Part shown: positions 54,662-63,330 of the stretch, in pieces
Layout: every line of letters starts with the position of its first letter
Position numbering within the stretch: the stretch's first letter is position 1
From: Anaerolineaceae bacterium UBA4781
GTDB taxonomy: Bacteria > Chloroflexota > Anaerolineae > Anaerolineales > Anaerolineaceae
Assembly (NCBI GenBank): GCA_002403105.1
Contig: DHHD01000106.1
Span: 18-64,017, forward strand
DNA: 64,000 nucleotides
Direction: 5' to 3'
Notes under the pieces: generated by a model
The model's input: the letters and a program-made list of their open reading frames with translations, nothing else
Told to the model about the DNA's origin: nothing
The model's database searches: none
Program-made: the position numbers and the translations under genes

Positions 54662-56893
54662 ATGGAAATCGATACTCTTCTTTCAAAATTACCAGAATCG
54701 TATACGGTTGTAGACCGTGATCTTATCCTTCGCGCCTTTAAATTCGCAGAAAAAGCACATGAAGGGCAAAAACGCCTTTCAGGTGAACCCTACATCACTC
54801 ACTGTCTGGCAGTCGCAGAGATCTTAATCGACCTGCAGGTTCCCCCCGAAATGATCGCTGCTAGTCTATTGCACGATACGGTTGAAGATACTTCAGTAAC
54901 TTTAGAAGAATTGGAGAATAAATTCAGCGCGGAAATCGCCAAATTAGTAGATGGAGTTACAAAATTAACAAATCTTCCACGGGTTTCTAGGGCAGATCAA
55001 GTTGCAAAGAAAAAAGAAAATAAATTAGAAGTTCCAGTCGAAGAAGTGGAGGAAGACGAAGATAATCCTGCCTCAAAATTAGCACGCAACAGACGGCATG
55101 AATTAGCCAATGAAACACTGCGAAAAATGCTTCTCGCAATGGGAGATGATATTCGGGTAGTCGTTATTAAATTGGCTGACCGGCTGCATAATATGCGAAC
55201 TCTAAGCTACATGCCCGAAAAGAAACGGTATAGTATCGCAAAAGAGACTCTCGATATCTTTGCACCGCTTGCCAATAGATTAGGGATCTGGCAGCTTAAG
55301 TGGGAGTTGGAAGATTTGTCATTGCGCTATATGAAACCGGATATGTATAAAGAAATTGCTCAGAAGTTATCCGACCGCCGGAAAGACCGCGAAACAGAAA
55401 TCGAGCACATCATTAATGAGCTGAATGCATTGATGAAAAAGGGGAAGATCGACGCAGAGATCACCGGTCGACCAAAACACATTTATTCAATTTACAGGAA
55501 AATGGTTGATAAAGGCATGCCTTTTGAAAATGTGCGTGATCTGCGCGGAGTGCGCCTCATCGTACCCGATATCCCATCCTGTTACGCAGCTCTTGGATTA
55601 ATTCACACTAATTGGCGCCCCATCCCAAATGAATTCGATGATTATATTGCCGCACCTAAAGATAATTTTTACCGTTCTTTGCACACAGCAGTTCTCTATT
55701 CCGATGGAAAAACACTTGAAGTGCAAATTCGTACCCCTGAAATGAACCAAAATGCGGAATTCGGTATCGCTGCACATTGGCTTTACAAAGAGAAAAAACC
55801 CCTCACTGATACATACCAGCAGCGTATCAATTGGTTGCGAAAGCTGATGGATTGGAAGCAAGATGTAGATGACGCACAGGAATTTGTGGATGGAATGAAA
55901 AGTGATGTCTTTGAAGACCGCGTGTATGTTTTTACCCCTCGCGGAGATATTATTGACCTTCCACGCGGTTCCACTCCCATTGATTTCGCATATCATGTCC
56001 ATACTGAAATTGGAAACCGCTGCCGGGGTGCCAAAGTGAATGGAAAATTAGTCCCTCTTGATTATCACTTGCAAACTGGTGATCAACTTGTAATTCTTAC
56101 AGCGAAACATGGTGGCCCTTCACGAGATTGGTTAAACATTAATCTTGGGTTGGTAAAAACCCAGCGCGCGCGCTCCAAGATCAGGCAATGGTTCAAAATT
56201 CAAGATAGAGAGCAAAATTTCAATCAGGGACGGAACATTCTGGATAAGGAATTTCACCGGTTGGGGTTGGAAAATGTAAATGTTGAAAATTTGGCACATT
56301 CTCTTGACCTCAAAAATGAAGAGGAATTATATATTTCACTTGGTTGCGGTGATTTATCCATCCGAAAACTAGTCAACAAATTGGATGATGTTGACAAAGC
56401 ATCGGAAGAACCTATCTTCCAGGTACATACACCGGTTGCAGAAAGAGAAGGACTTGACACAGTTAATGTTCTTGGGTTAAAAGGCATCCTCACCCATTTT
56501 GCTCGCTGCTGCAGCCCTGCTCCGGGGGATGCAATCACCGGGTATATCACTCGCGGGCGCGGAGTCACTATTCATCGTCAAGATTGCCCCAACATGCTTT
56601 CTGTCAAGGATCACGAGAGAATTATTAAAGTTAATTGGGGAGAGGCACATCGTACTTTTCCTGTGGATGTACAGATAAAAGCTTATGATCGTCAGGGATT
56701 AATGAACGATATTTCAACCATTATAAGTAATGAAGGTATCAATCTGCGAGATATCAAAATTAATCTCGCGAACAATTTAGCAGTCATCAATTTAATTCTG
56801 GATATAACTGATATCACTCAACTCAGCCGCGTACTGACGCGTATTGAATCCCTTCCAAATATCATGGAAGCATTTCGTTTTCGCCCGGGTTAA
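54662..56893 (+). CDS. rel: Bifunctional (p)ppGpp synthetase/hydrolase (RelA/SpoT homologue)
   Basis: HD domain 'HDTVEDT', synthetase 'YRSLHT', TGS and C-terminal ACT regions. Confidence 0.9.
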   Translation: MEIDTLLSKLPESYTVVDRDLILRAFKFAEKAHEGQKRLSGEPYITHCLAVAEILIDLQVPPEMIAASLLHDTVEDTSVTLEELENKFSAEIAKLVDGVTKLTNLPRVSRADQVAKKKENKLEVPVEEVEEDEDNPASKLARNRRHELANETLRKMLLAMGDDIRVVVIKLADRLHNMRTLSYMPEKKRYSIAKETLDIFAPLANRLGIWQLKWELEDLSLRYMKPDMYKEIAQKLSDRRKDRETEIEHIINELNALMKKGKIDAEITGRPKHIYSIYRKMVDKGMPFENVRDLRGVRLIVPDIPSCYAALGLIHTNWRPIPNEFDDYIAAPKDNFYRSLHTAVLYSDGKTLEVQIRTPEMNQNAEFGIAAHWLYKEKKPLTDTYQQRINWLRKLMDWKQDVDDAQEFVDGMKSDVFEDRVYVFTPRGDIIDLPRGSTPIDFAYHVHTEIGNRCRGAKVNGKLVPLDYHLQTGDQLVILTAKHGGPSRDWLNINLGLVKTQRARSKIRQWFKIQDREQNFNQGRNILDKEFHRLGLENVNVENLAHSLDLKNEEELYISLGCGDLSIRKLVNKLDDVDKASEEPIFQVHTPVAEREGLDTVNVLGLKGILTHFARCCSPAPGDAITGYITRGRGVTIHRQDCPNMLSVKDHERIIKVNWGEAHRTFPVDVQIKAYDRQGLMNDISTIISNEGINLRDIKINLANNLAVINLILDITDITQLSRVLTRIESLPNIMEAFRFRPG

Positions 56894-56898
56894 AAATA

Positions 56899-56930
56899 AA
56901 CGAACGGGATGGCAATTCATCCCGTTCGTT
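56899..56930. terminator. Bidirectional intrinsic terminator between rel and the ECF operon
   Basis: AACGAACGGGATG-GCAATT-CATCCCGTTCGTT 13-bp stem with A/T-rich flanks. Confidence 0.75.
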
Positions 56931-56963
56931 CTTCGTTCCGAAAGCCTTCATGTACAGATTTGT

Positions 56964-57443
56964 TTACTTGTTTATTTGTAATTCCATGATCGCGTAAACC
57001 CAACGATTAGCAGGGGTTGAGGGTGCGACCAAGCGAATGGGTCCTTTATCAGTTTCAATTTCTGCGATCCAATCATCGCCATCTTTCAATGCAATGATCG
57101 CGCCTGTAAGTTCTTCTTTGGTGATTTCGATGGAATATCCATCCGACGCAATGGCTGTGATAGAAACATAATCAGCAGCAGCCCCGGCTTTGGTTAGAAT
57201 TTCATCTAATGATACTCCTGACCATGAAGTGATCACGTCATCACCGGTTGTTTTTTCCATCAGAATATCATTTAATTCAATTTGATCCATGGCTGCCAGA
57301 TCGGCAAAGGATAATTCTAATGGTGTTGTCACTTCTCCAGATATTTTTAACGTCCAATCCACATCTGGAGCTTTCGGACCACAACCCACCAGGAAAGCCG
57401 CTAATAAAACAATAGTAAGAAGTGCAGTATTTTTCTTTGTCAT
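56964..57443 (-). CDS. Lipoprotein made of one sulfite-oxidase-fold ('Oxidored_molyb')-like domain
   Basis: Lipobox 'LVGC'; 'SWSGVSLDEIL', 'ASDGYS', 'GPIRLVAPS', 'NRWVYAI'. No cysteine after the lipobox, no twin-arginine. Confidence 0.6.
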   Translation of the reverse strand: MTKKNTALLTIVLLAAFLVGCGPKAPDVDWTLKISGEVTTPLELSFADLAAMDQIELNDILMEKTTGDDVITSWSGVSLDEILTKAGAAADYVSITAIASDGYSIEITKEELTGAIIALKDGDDWIAEIETDKGPIRLVAPSTPANRWVYAIMELQINK

Positions 57444-57477
57444 TTTTTTCTCCTTTTAATTTTGGCTTTCGAACTAC

Positions 57478-58614
57478 CTATTTTTGATACAGGATGATAT
57501 AGATTCCCATATCATCCAAACGAAGATTTCCATGAGTTCCCAGTGAAGAATCTCCTACAATTGAATGCATCCCATGATCAGGGAAGAGAACTATCAGGGT
57601 TTTTTCTGGAAGCTGCTCAATGAGCTGCCCTACCATTCTATCCACTTCGCTAACCTTTTCATTCCATTCCAGGGAATATGGTCCATATGTATGCCCTGCA
57701 TCGTCAATACCATGAAAGTGGATCATTATCAGATCCGGTATCCCTTCTGCAATTGCCTTCTGTGCATTCTCAAAAACATTATCATCGGTTGATCCATCAC
57801 CATTTCGATCACCGGATAAAATTATTTCCGCATTGGGATAGTTAAAAGGCGTGCTGCTTCCTTCAACTATGGTCATATGCTTTCCTGAATCAACAACCGC
57901 ATCGATAATACTGGGGACGGTGAGATCCCGAATGCCGGGAGCCCATACGCCATTCTCTCTCGAATCAAGCCCCGAAAGAAGTGCTGCTGTTGATGTGCTT
58001 GTTTTTGGTGGATAAATGGTATATGCCGGGTAAAGTTCTCCTATGATCGATAAATTTGGTATGAACCCCTCCTCTTCTGCTGTTTGATATCCTTCATAAC
58101 CGAAACCATCCAGAAAGATCCAAACTACATGTTCCATGGAACCGGATGGAATAGAAAATCCAGATTCTTTTTCACCAAAGGGAATGCTCAATGCTTCAGA
58201 TGTTAATGCAGCGATATCGGTTATGGAATGCTTCTCAAATTTCGCATCCCCACCCGTCCGCAGGATGATCTTATCGACCAGATACTCTTCATCATCGACC
58301 TCCAGGCTGCTGACATTGCGCCAAAAAGTAGAATCAGCGATATCTTTCCATTGGAAAGTAGTTTTCGTATCACCTTGCAAGATATCCATTTCTTCAACTA
58401 CTTTTACATCGTATTGATAAAAAAGATATTCCAGTAGAAGGTCATAATCTTTTTCATCATCCACATTAACCATTTCTTCAATTTTTTGATAGTCTGTTTT
58501 TGTAATGTTGTTCTCCTGCCCATCGATCGAAACGATGAGATCACTGCTGGCTTTCGAGCATGCGCATAATCCTGCAAATGTAAGAATGAGAACAATATTG
58601 ATGAATCGCTTCAT
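57478..58614 (-). CDS. Lipoprotein of the nucleotide pyrophosphatase/phosphodiesterase (AlkP superfamily) type
   Basis: Lipobox 'LCAC'; 'IFLDGFG', 'YPPKTSTSTAALLSG', 'HGIDDAGHTYGP', 'FPDHGMH'. Confidence 0.7.
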   Translation of the reverse strand: MKRFINIVLILTFAGLCACSKASSDLIVSIDGQENNITKTDYQKIEEMVNVDDEKDYDLLLEYLFYQYDVKVVEEMDILQGDTKTTFQWKDIADSTFWRNVSSLEVDDEEYLVDKIILRTGGDAKFEKHSITDIAALTSEALSIPFGEKESGFSIPSGSMEHVVWIFLDGFGYEGYQTAEEEGFIPNLSIIGELYPAYTIYPPKTSTSTAALLSGLDSRENGVWAPGIRDLTVPSIIDAVVDSGKHMTIVEGSSTPFNYPNAEIILSGDRNGDGSTDDNVFENAQKAIAEGIPDLIMIHFHGIDDAGHTYGPYSLEWNEKVSEVDRMVGQLIEQLPEKTLIVLFPDHGMHSIVGDSSLGTHGNLRLDDMGIYIILYQK

Positions 58615-58616
58615 GG

Positions 58617-59546
58617 TTATTTCCCTTCAATTTTTATAATATCGAACACCCAATCACTTCGACCTTGGCCCGGAATGATCAACACAACAGAGGTGTTTTG
58701 TTTGGTTAGAATTCCATCTTTGATCTCTTCCACAGGTAGGATGATTGTCGAACCATCTTGCAGAGTGAATGTTACATTTTCATAGTTTTCCAATTGCAGC
58801 AAATCGGTCACGGCTGCCCCTTCCACTCTGCTTGAAGTGATCGCCTCACGTGTCAAACCATCCTCTTCACTGCGAAACATTACTTTCGCTTCTTCGACAG
58901 TGATAGAAGTTGTCTTACTCAGCAGCAATCTTCCAATGGATGTTTGTTCATCACCTATTTGGAGAGGTTTCTCTTCACTGATGATAATGATCCGAGCAAT
59001 TCCTTTTGCCCAGGTTGAAACATGCAGGTCATCCGACGCGAAACGAATTCCATCTTCATAGGGGAGAAACATGGCATTTCCAGTAACATCACTCTTATTG
59101 ATCTTCACAAATTCCCCATCCCGGGTATACAGGGTGATGCTTTCGTAGTCAGTGATCTCCCATTTTGCAAGAAATTCATCAACGGTGATAAACGTGTTTG
59201 GAAGATCTGAATAACTATTGAAGAAATGATTCCATGGAATAAAGGTTACTTCTGCCACATCACCGGTAAGTTCTATCATGTTATAAAATGATAATTCGGG
59301 TAGCTCAACGGATCCATGCTCATCATGACAGGTGCTACAAGTGTGAAATTCCTCTTTTGTCTCGTGGCATTCCGCGCACTCGTGCATGGTGGTAGTTTCT
59401 TCCCACAAAGTATCAAAAGTATATTCGGTTAGCACTCTAACCGGTAGCTGTTTAACAGAGAGCATAAAAATGAGAGCAACCAAGGCAGCCACGCTGATGA
59501 AGATGCCAATAATTCTTAAAGTCTTTTTTGTCTTGGGCGATTTCAT
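58617..59546 (-). CDS. N-terminally anchored di-haem c-type cytochrome with repeated extracytoplasmic domains
   Basis: TM anchor, 'CAECH' and 'CSTCH' (59325..59378), then 'DYESITLYTRDGEF ... STWAKGIARIII'. ATG 59546 overlaps the ecfT stop as ATGA (alternative ATG 59561). Confidence 0.6.
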   Translation of the reverse strand: MKSPKTKKTLRIIGIFISVAALVALIFMLSVKQLPVRVLTEYTFDTLWEETTTMHECAECHETKEEFHTCSTCHDEHGSVELPELSFYNMIELTGDVAEVTFIPWNHFFNSYSDLPNTFITVDEFLAKWEITDYESITLYTRDGEFVKINKSDVTGNAMFLPYEDGIRFASDDLHVSTWAKGIARIIIISEEKPLQIGDEQTSIGRLLLSKTTSITVEEAKVMFRSEEDGLTREAITSSRVEGAAVTDLLQLENYENVTFTLQDGSTIILPVEEIKDGILTKQNTSVVLIIPGQGRSDWVFDIIKIEGK

Positions 59547-60313
59547 ACAAATCCTTTCCATTTCAAATAATAAAAGAAAAGCACAAACAGGAATGCGATC
59601 CCCAGGATAATTCCATCACGAAATGTAAAATGAAGGGGATTTTGATAGGTTCTAGTTGCATATCTGCCAAAGCTTCGACTTTCCATGGAGATGGCCAATT
59701 TATTAATCCGATTAATGAGAGAGTAGAGAACAGCCCCGATGTAGATATTCATGTGCAGGATCATTTCACCCGGTTTTCGAAAGTCGTAACGTACACCGCG
59801 CAACCTCTGGGAAAAATTGACGCGTTCACCATCGATCGATAAAATCGGCACCAACCGCATGGAAGTAACGATCATGAATGCATAACGATATGGAACCCCC
59901 ATTTGCATAAAGGCAAATGCAAAATCGGAAGGAGATGTTGTAAGAATAAAAAGATAACTGCATAAAATGATCACAAGGAATCGAATGGAGATCAGTACTG
60001 CTCTTTGAATTCCAATATTCGTGATCGATAAACCAAAAATATTAGTCAGTTCACTTCCCTGCTTTACAAAAGTACATTGTATGATCCCGATCATCAGCGC
60101 AGTTAAAAAGGTCGTACGCATTCCAAAATACGCAAAGGGATTTCGGCAAACTGTCAAAAAGCCAAAAACCAGCACAATAAACAAAAAGAACATCAAGATA
60201 GGTGAATCAATAAAAAATATCGAAACACTGAGCCCCAACAATAAACTAAATTTAGTGAATGGGTGCAGGGCATGCAGCATTGTATTGGCCGGAGAATAGG
60301 CGATTTTTTTCAT
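59543..60313 (-). CDS. ecfT: ECF transporter transmembrane (T) component
   Basis: Polytopic CbiQ-like protein with 'SQRLRGV'; ATG 60313 overlaps the ecfA stop as ATGA. Confidence 0.8.
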   Translation of the reverse strand: MKKIAYSPANTMLHALHPFTKFSLLLGLSVSIFFIDSPILMFFLFIVLVFGFLTVCRNPFAYFGMRTTFLTALMIGIIQCTFVKQGSELTNIFGLSITNIGIQRAVLISIRFLVIILCSYLFILTTSPSDFAFAFMQMGVPYRYAFMIVTSMRLVPILSIDGERVNFSQRLRGVRYDFRKPGEMILHMNIYIGAVLYSLINRINKLAISMESRSFGRYATRTYQNPLHFTFRDGIILGIAFLFVLFFYYLKWKGFV

Positions 60314-61782
60314 AACCCCGAATCCTTCTCCGGAAGATATTCCCCGTACCCATTCACCTGCCACCAAATGACCGCTTCCTGCAAAGGCAGGCAGAAACGC
60401 ATTTTGCCATCCTCTAGAAAGAGTATGCGATCTGCCATTCGTTTCATCAATGCCGGGTCATGGATAGCCGTAATGATGGTCATTCCGTTTTCCCTAAGAA
60501 ATTTTAATTTTCCTAGAATGTAATCCATTTGATATACATCCTGCCCAATAAAGATTTCATCTAAAAGTAAAAGTGAAGGTGAAAACACCAACGCTGAGAT
60601 AAGATTTAATCTTTTCTTTTCTCCATAGCTCAATTGGTGCGGATTAGCATTTAATTTATGGATCAGTCCGTAGTGGTCAAACAGTTCCTGTGCTTTTTCT
60701 TTGTGAAAAGCATCATCCATGTGAAAGTTTTTTAAACCATAGGTAACTTCATCCTGCACGGTATTCATAAAGATCTGATCATCCGCATTCTGAAAAACCA
60801 AACCTATTTGAGGTGCTGTTAATTGCTCTACCCTCTCTCCATTGAAATTCATTTGCCCCTGCTGGGTGTGTACCATTCCCGTAATGGTTTTAAAGAACGT
60901 GGTCTTTCCAGAACCGTTGGCACCCATTAAAGCCAGGATTTCACCATGTTGTATCTCAAGTTCTTCAATTTCTAATCGAAAACCATTTCCGTTTTCGTAT
61001 GACCAGTCATGAATGGAAAGAATGAGTTCGGTATTGTTGTTTTTTTCTCCTGGATGTAAAAATTTTGTTTTTAAATGGACCTTATAGAATGGTGATTCTT
61101 CAATTGCTCCATCAAAAATAATTTTTCCATTTTCAATGTGAATACAACGATTGAAGAGATCTTCGAAAAAATGTACTTTATGTTCGATGATGATCACGGT
61201 TAAATTCATCGATTTTTGTAAATTTTTAAGCACCTCAAAGATCGCATGAGTTGATTCCAGGTCAAGATTGGAGGTAGGTTCATCTAAAATCAAAATGGAT
61301 GGCTGCAGGGCAAGGATGGAAGCAATTGCCACCTTTTGTTTTTCTCCTCCCGACAATTCAAAGAGCTGACGCGAGTATAAAGACTCTGCTCCTGTGATCT
61401 TCAAAGCATCGGCAATCCGTTTTTTTATCTCGTCCGGATCAGTACATTTATTCTCCAGACCAAAAGCGAGTTCATCCGCAACATTCAATGCGCAAAATTG
61501 ATCATCTGCATTCTGCTGGACAAATCCAATTGCATCCGAAATCCAATAGAGCGGTGTTTTTTCAATGGCTTGCTCATCAATACGCACATGCCCTTGATAA
61601 ACGCCCATTTGCTGATGGTAGAGAATTCCTGCAATCGCGTATGCCAGGGTAGTCTTTCCACTGCCCGAACATCCGCTGATCAAGATCCATTCTCCTCCAG
61701 CAATTTGCATATTAATATCATCTAGAATGAGTTTTTCTTTTTCTTTGTACCGATAGGTGAGATGCGCGATTTCTATATCCAT
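60310..61782 (-). CDS. ecfA: ECF transporter ATPase, tandem ABC domains (EcfA-EcfA' fusion)
   Basis: Two Walker A sites ('GCSGSGKTT', 'GANGSGKTT'), two signatures ('LSGGEKQ', 'LSYGEKK'), two Walker B sites ('ILILDEP', 'LLLLDE'). Confidence 0.85.
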   Translation of the reverse strand: MDIEIAHLTYRYKEKEKLILDDINMQIAGGEWILISGCSGSGKTTLAYAIAGILYHQQMGVYQGHVRIDEQAIEKTPLYWISDAIGFVQQNADDQFCALNVADELAFGLENKCTDPDEIKKRIADALKITGAESLYSRQLFELSGGEKQKVAIASILALQPSILILDEPTSNLDLESTHAIFEVLKNLQKSMNLTVIIIEHKVHFFEDLFNRCIHIENGKIIFDGAIEESPFYKVHLKTKFLHPGEKNNNTELILSIHDWSYENGNGFRLEIEELEIQHGEILALMGANGSGKTTFFKTITGMVHTQQGQMNFNGERVEQLTAPQIGLVFQNADDQIFMNTVQDEVTYGLKNFHMDDAFHKEKAQELFDHYGLIHKLNANPHQLSYGEKKRLNLISALVFSPSLLLLDEIFIGQDVYQMDYILGKLKFLRENGMTIITAIHDPALMKRMADRILFLEDGKMRFCLPLQEAVIWWQVNGYGEYLPEKDSGL

Positions 61783-61787
61783 CTTGA

Positions 61788-63143
61788 TTACTGTAAATCA
61801 ATTCGTTCAATATTCTCTAAAAATACTTCTCCCTGGATCGTTCCAACCAGATATTTCATTTCGTAACCGGTAATATTGACAAAAATGCGAATGGAATCGT
61901 CTTTTTGAATGCTTGCAAGGTCAAAATCAAATTCGCTGTCTGCACTTGAAAATTTCATTATTGAGAATGAAATAGCAGTATCGACTGTCGTAAGCACTTT
62001 ATTGACAGCCACTCCCTGCAGTTTCTTCGATCCTTCTTCTAATGCAAAGTGAACGCTATCCATTTCAAACTGCCAATCTTGTGAATGGAATTCCGCCACC
62101 TGCTGTTCACCATAATAAATAGGAATTGGCATGCTTTGAATAACACTCATTTCTGCAACGCCCCGAATCCAGGCTTTACTGTTCTCAGCGCCGACCACAC
62201 TGTAGCTGGCATCCGATCCTTCTCCATCAACAACCAGGATGAGATCCGGATTGGTATTCACTTCATCCATGGTGATAAAGTAGCTGTACCCATCCGTTGC
62301 CGTAACCAATATCAGGTCTGCACCCTTACCAGGAATGGCTGTTTCAAGGATTTGCTTGAGCGGGTAACCTGTATACGTTCCTGCTTTACCCTGTAGATTG
62401 GATTCAACAGTAATTTTTTCTATAACCGTGTTTTTTACATCAAAACTTTGTTCGGCTGCTACATTCCCTGAAATTGAGACTGTTCCTTCACCCTTCGAAA
62501 TCTGTACATATACATAAGCAGAAACTGTACAGATCAGGATTGCCAGTAAAACAGAACCAATTTTGAACCATTTTGCTCTGCCTTTTTCAGGTTCCGGTGC
62601 AATGACTCCACTTTTTGCAAGATTTTTTAGCACCAGTTGGCTCAATATACCACCGAAAATAACTCCTGAAAGAAGTGCTACTCCAGCCACCGCGAGCAGG
62701 CTCCAAAAAGCCAGACTATCCGCAGGGACGGAAGCGAAGATCTGGAACACAAACACATTCGACATGGCAGCTAAAGCGCCAGCGAGGAGATTTTTTATGT
62801 ATTTGCTGATAACAGGCAGGTAAAAAACCAGTTCGACGATCAAACCAGCCACCACATCCACGATCAGTACCAAAACACCATGCGTGTTTCCACTCAATAA
62901 CTCCACAACCCCCTTCAAAATACCTGTTAATACTGCAGTTCCGGGTTTGTTTACGATCCCGACAGCCAGCAGGATCCATAAAATATGAATTCCGGCTGCC
63001 CACTGGGTCGTCCCGGCAAATCCAAGCAAAGATTGAAAAAAATCACCGACCATGTTGAGATAGGTACTTGCCAATCCCCCGATTGCAGAAAAACCAGCGA
63101 TGAAGAGTAAGTCTTTGGTGCTGAAATAATAGCTCTTTTTCAT
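61788..63143 (-). CDS. ECF S-component-like membrane domain fused through a 7th TM to two extracytoplasmic domains
   Basis: Six hydrophobic helices in the first 200 aa or so, a 7th TM ('WFKIGSVLLAILICTVSAYVYV'), then 'YTGYPLKQIL ... ATDGYSY ... KAWIRGVAEMSVI'. ATG 63143 lies 6 nt after GGAG. Confidence 0.6.
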   Translation of the reverse strand: MKKSYYFSTKDLLFIAGFSAIGGLASTYLNMVGDFFQSLLGFAGTTQWAAGIHILWILLAVGIVNKPGTAVLTGILKGVVELLSGNTHGVLVLIVDVVAGLIVELVFYLPVISKYIKNLLAGALAAMSNVFVFQIFASVPADSLAFWSLLAVAGVALLSGVIFGGILSQLVLKNLAKSGVIAPEPEKGRAKWFKIGSVLLAILICTVSAYVYVQISKGEGTVSISGNVAAEQSFDVKNTVIEKITVESNLQGKAGTYTGYPLKQILETAIPGKGADLILVTATDGYSYFITMDEVNTNPDLILVVDGEGSDASYSVVGAENSKAWIRGVAEMSVIQSMPIPIYYGEQQVAEFHSQDWQFEMDSVHFALEEGSKKLQGVAVNKVLTTVDTAISFSIMKFSSADSEFDFDLASIQKDDSIRIFVNITGYEMKYLVGTIQGEVFLENIERIDLQ

Positions 63144-63158
63144 GGTCTTCTCCATAAT

Positions 63159-63182
63159 AAAAAACGCCTGTGGAAAGGCGTT
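63159..63182 (-). terminator. Leader intrinsic terminator (attenuator) in front of the ECF operon
   Basis: Minus strand AACGCCU-UUCCAC-AGGCGUU followed by UUUU, ending just upstream of the RBS. Confidence 0.7.
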
Positions 63183-63327
63183 GGTTAATAAGGACAATTC
63201 ATTCAATTATCCTTTTTACATCTCCTTTCCAAAGAGGGAGGCGTTCGTGTTTCCACTTACACCCTAGCGGTCTCAAAACCATAACATTCATCGTCGTAGA
63301 TTAAGAGACTCGAAGATGCACTCTTTG
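63183..63327 (-). promoter_or_regulatory. Candidate riboswitch aptamer / structured leader, class unassigned
   Basis: Closing helix CAAAGAG (63327..63321) / CUCUUUG (63236..63230), internal helices, a 10-bp hairpin at 63190..63214, and an antiterminator option against the terminator. Confidence 0.5.
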
Positions 63328-63330
63328 AGC

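Noticed and set aside
56964-57443. Classical periplasmic molybdoenzyme (YedY/MsrP or sulfite oxidase type)
   Set aside because: There is no twin-arginine signal on any of the domain carriers. The domain is only about 135 aa, and the mature lipoprotein has no cysteine to ligate Mo. The fold resemblance is kept but catalytic Moco binding is doubted.
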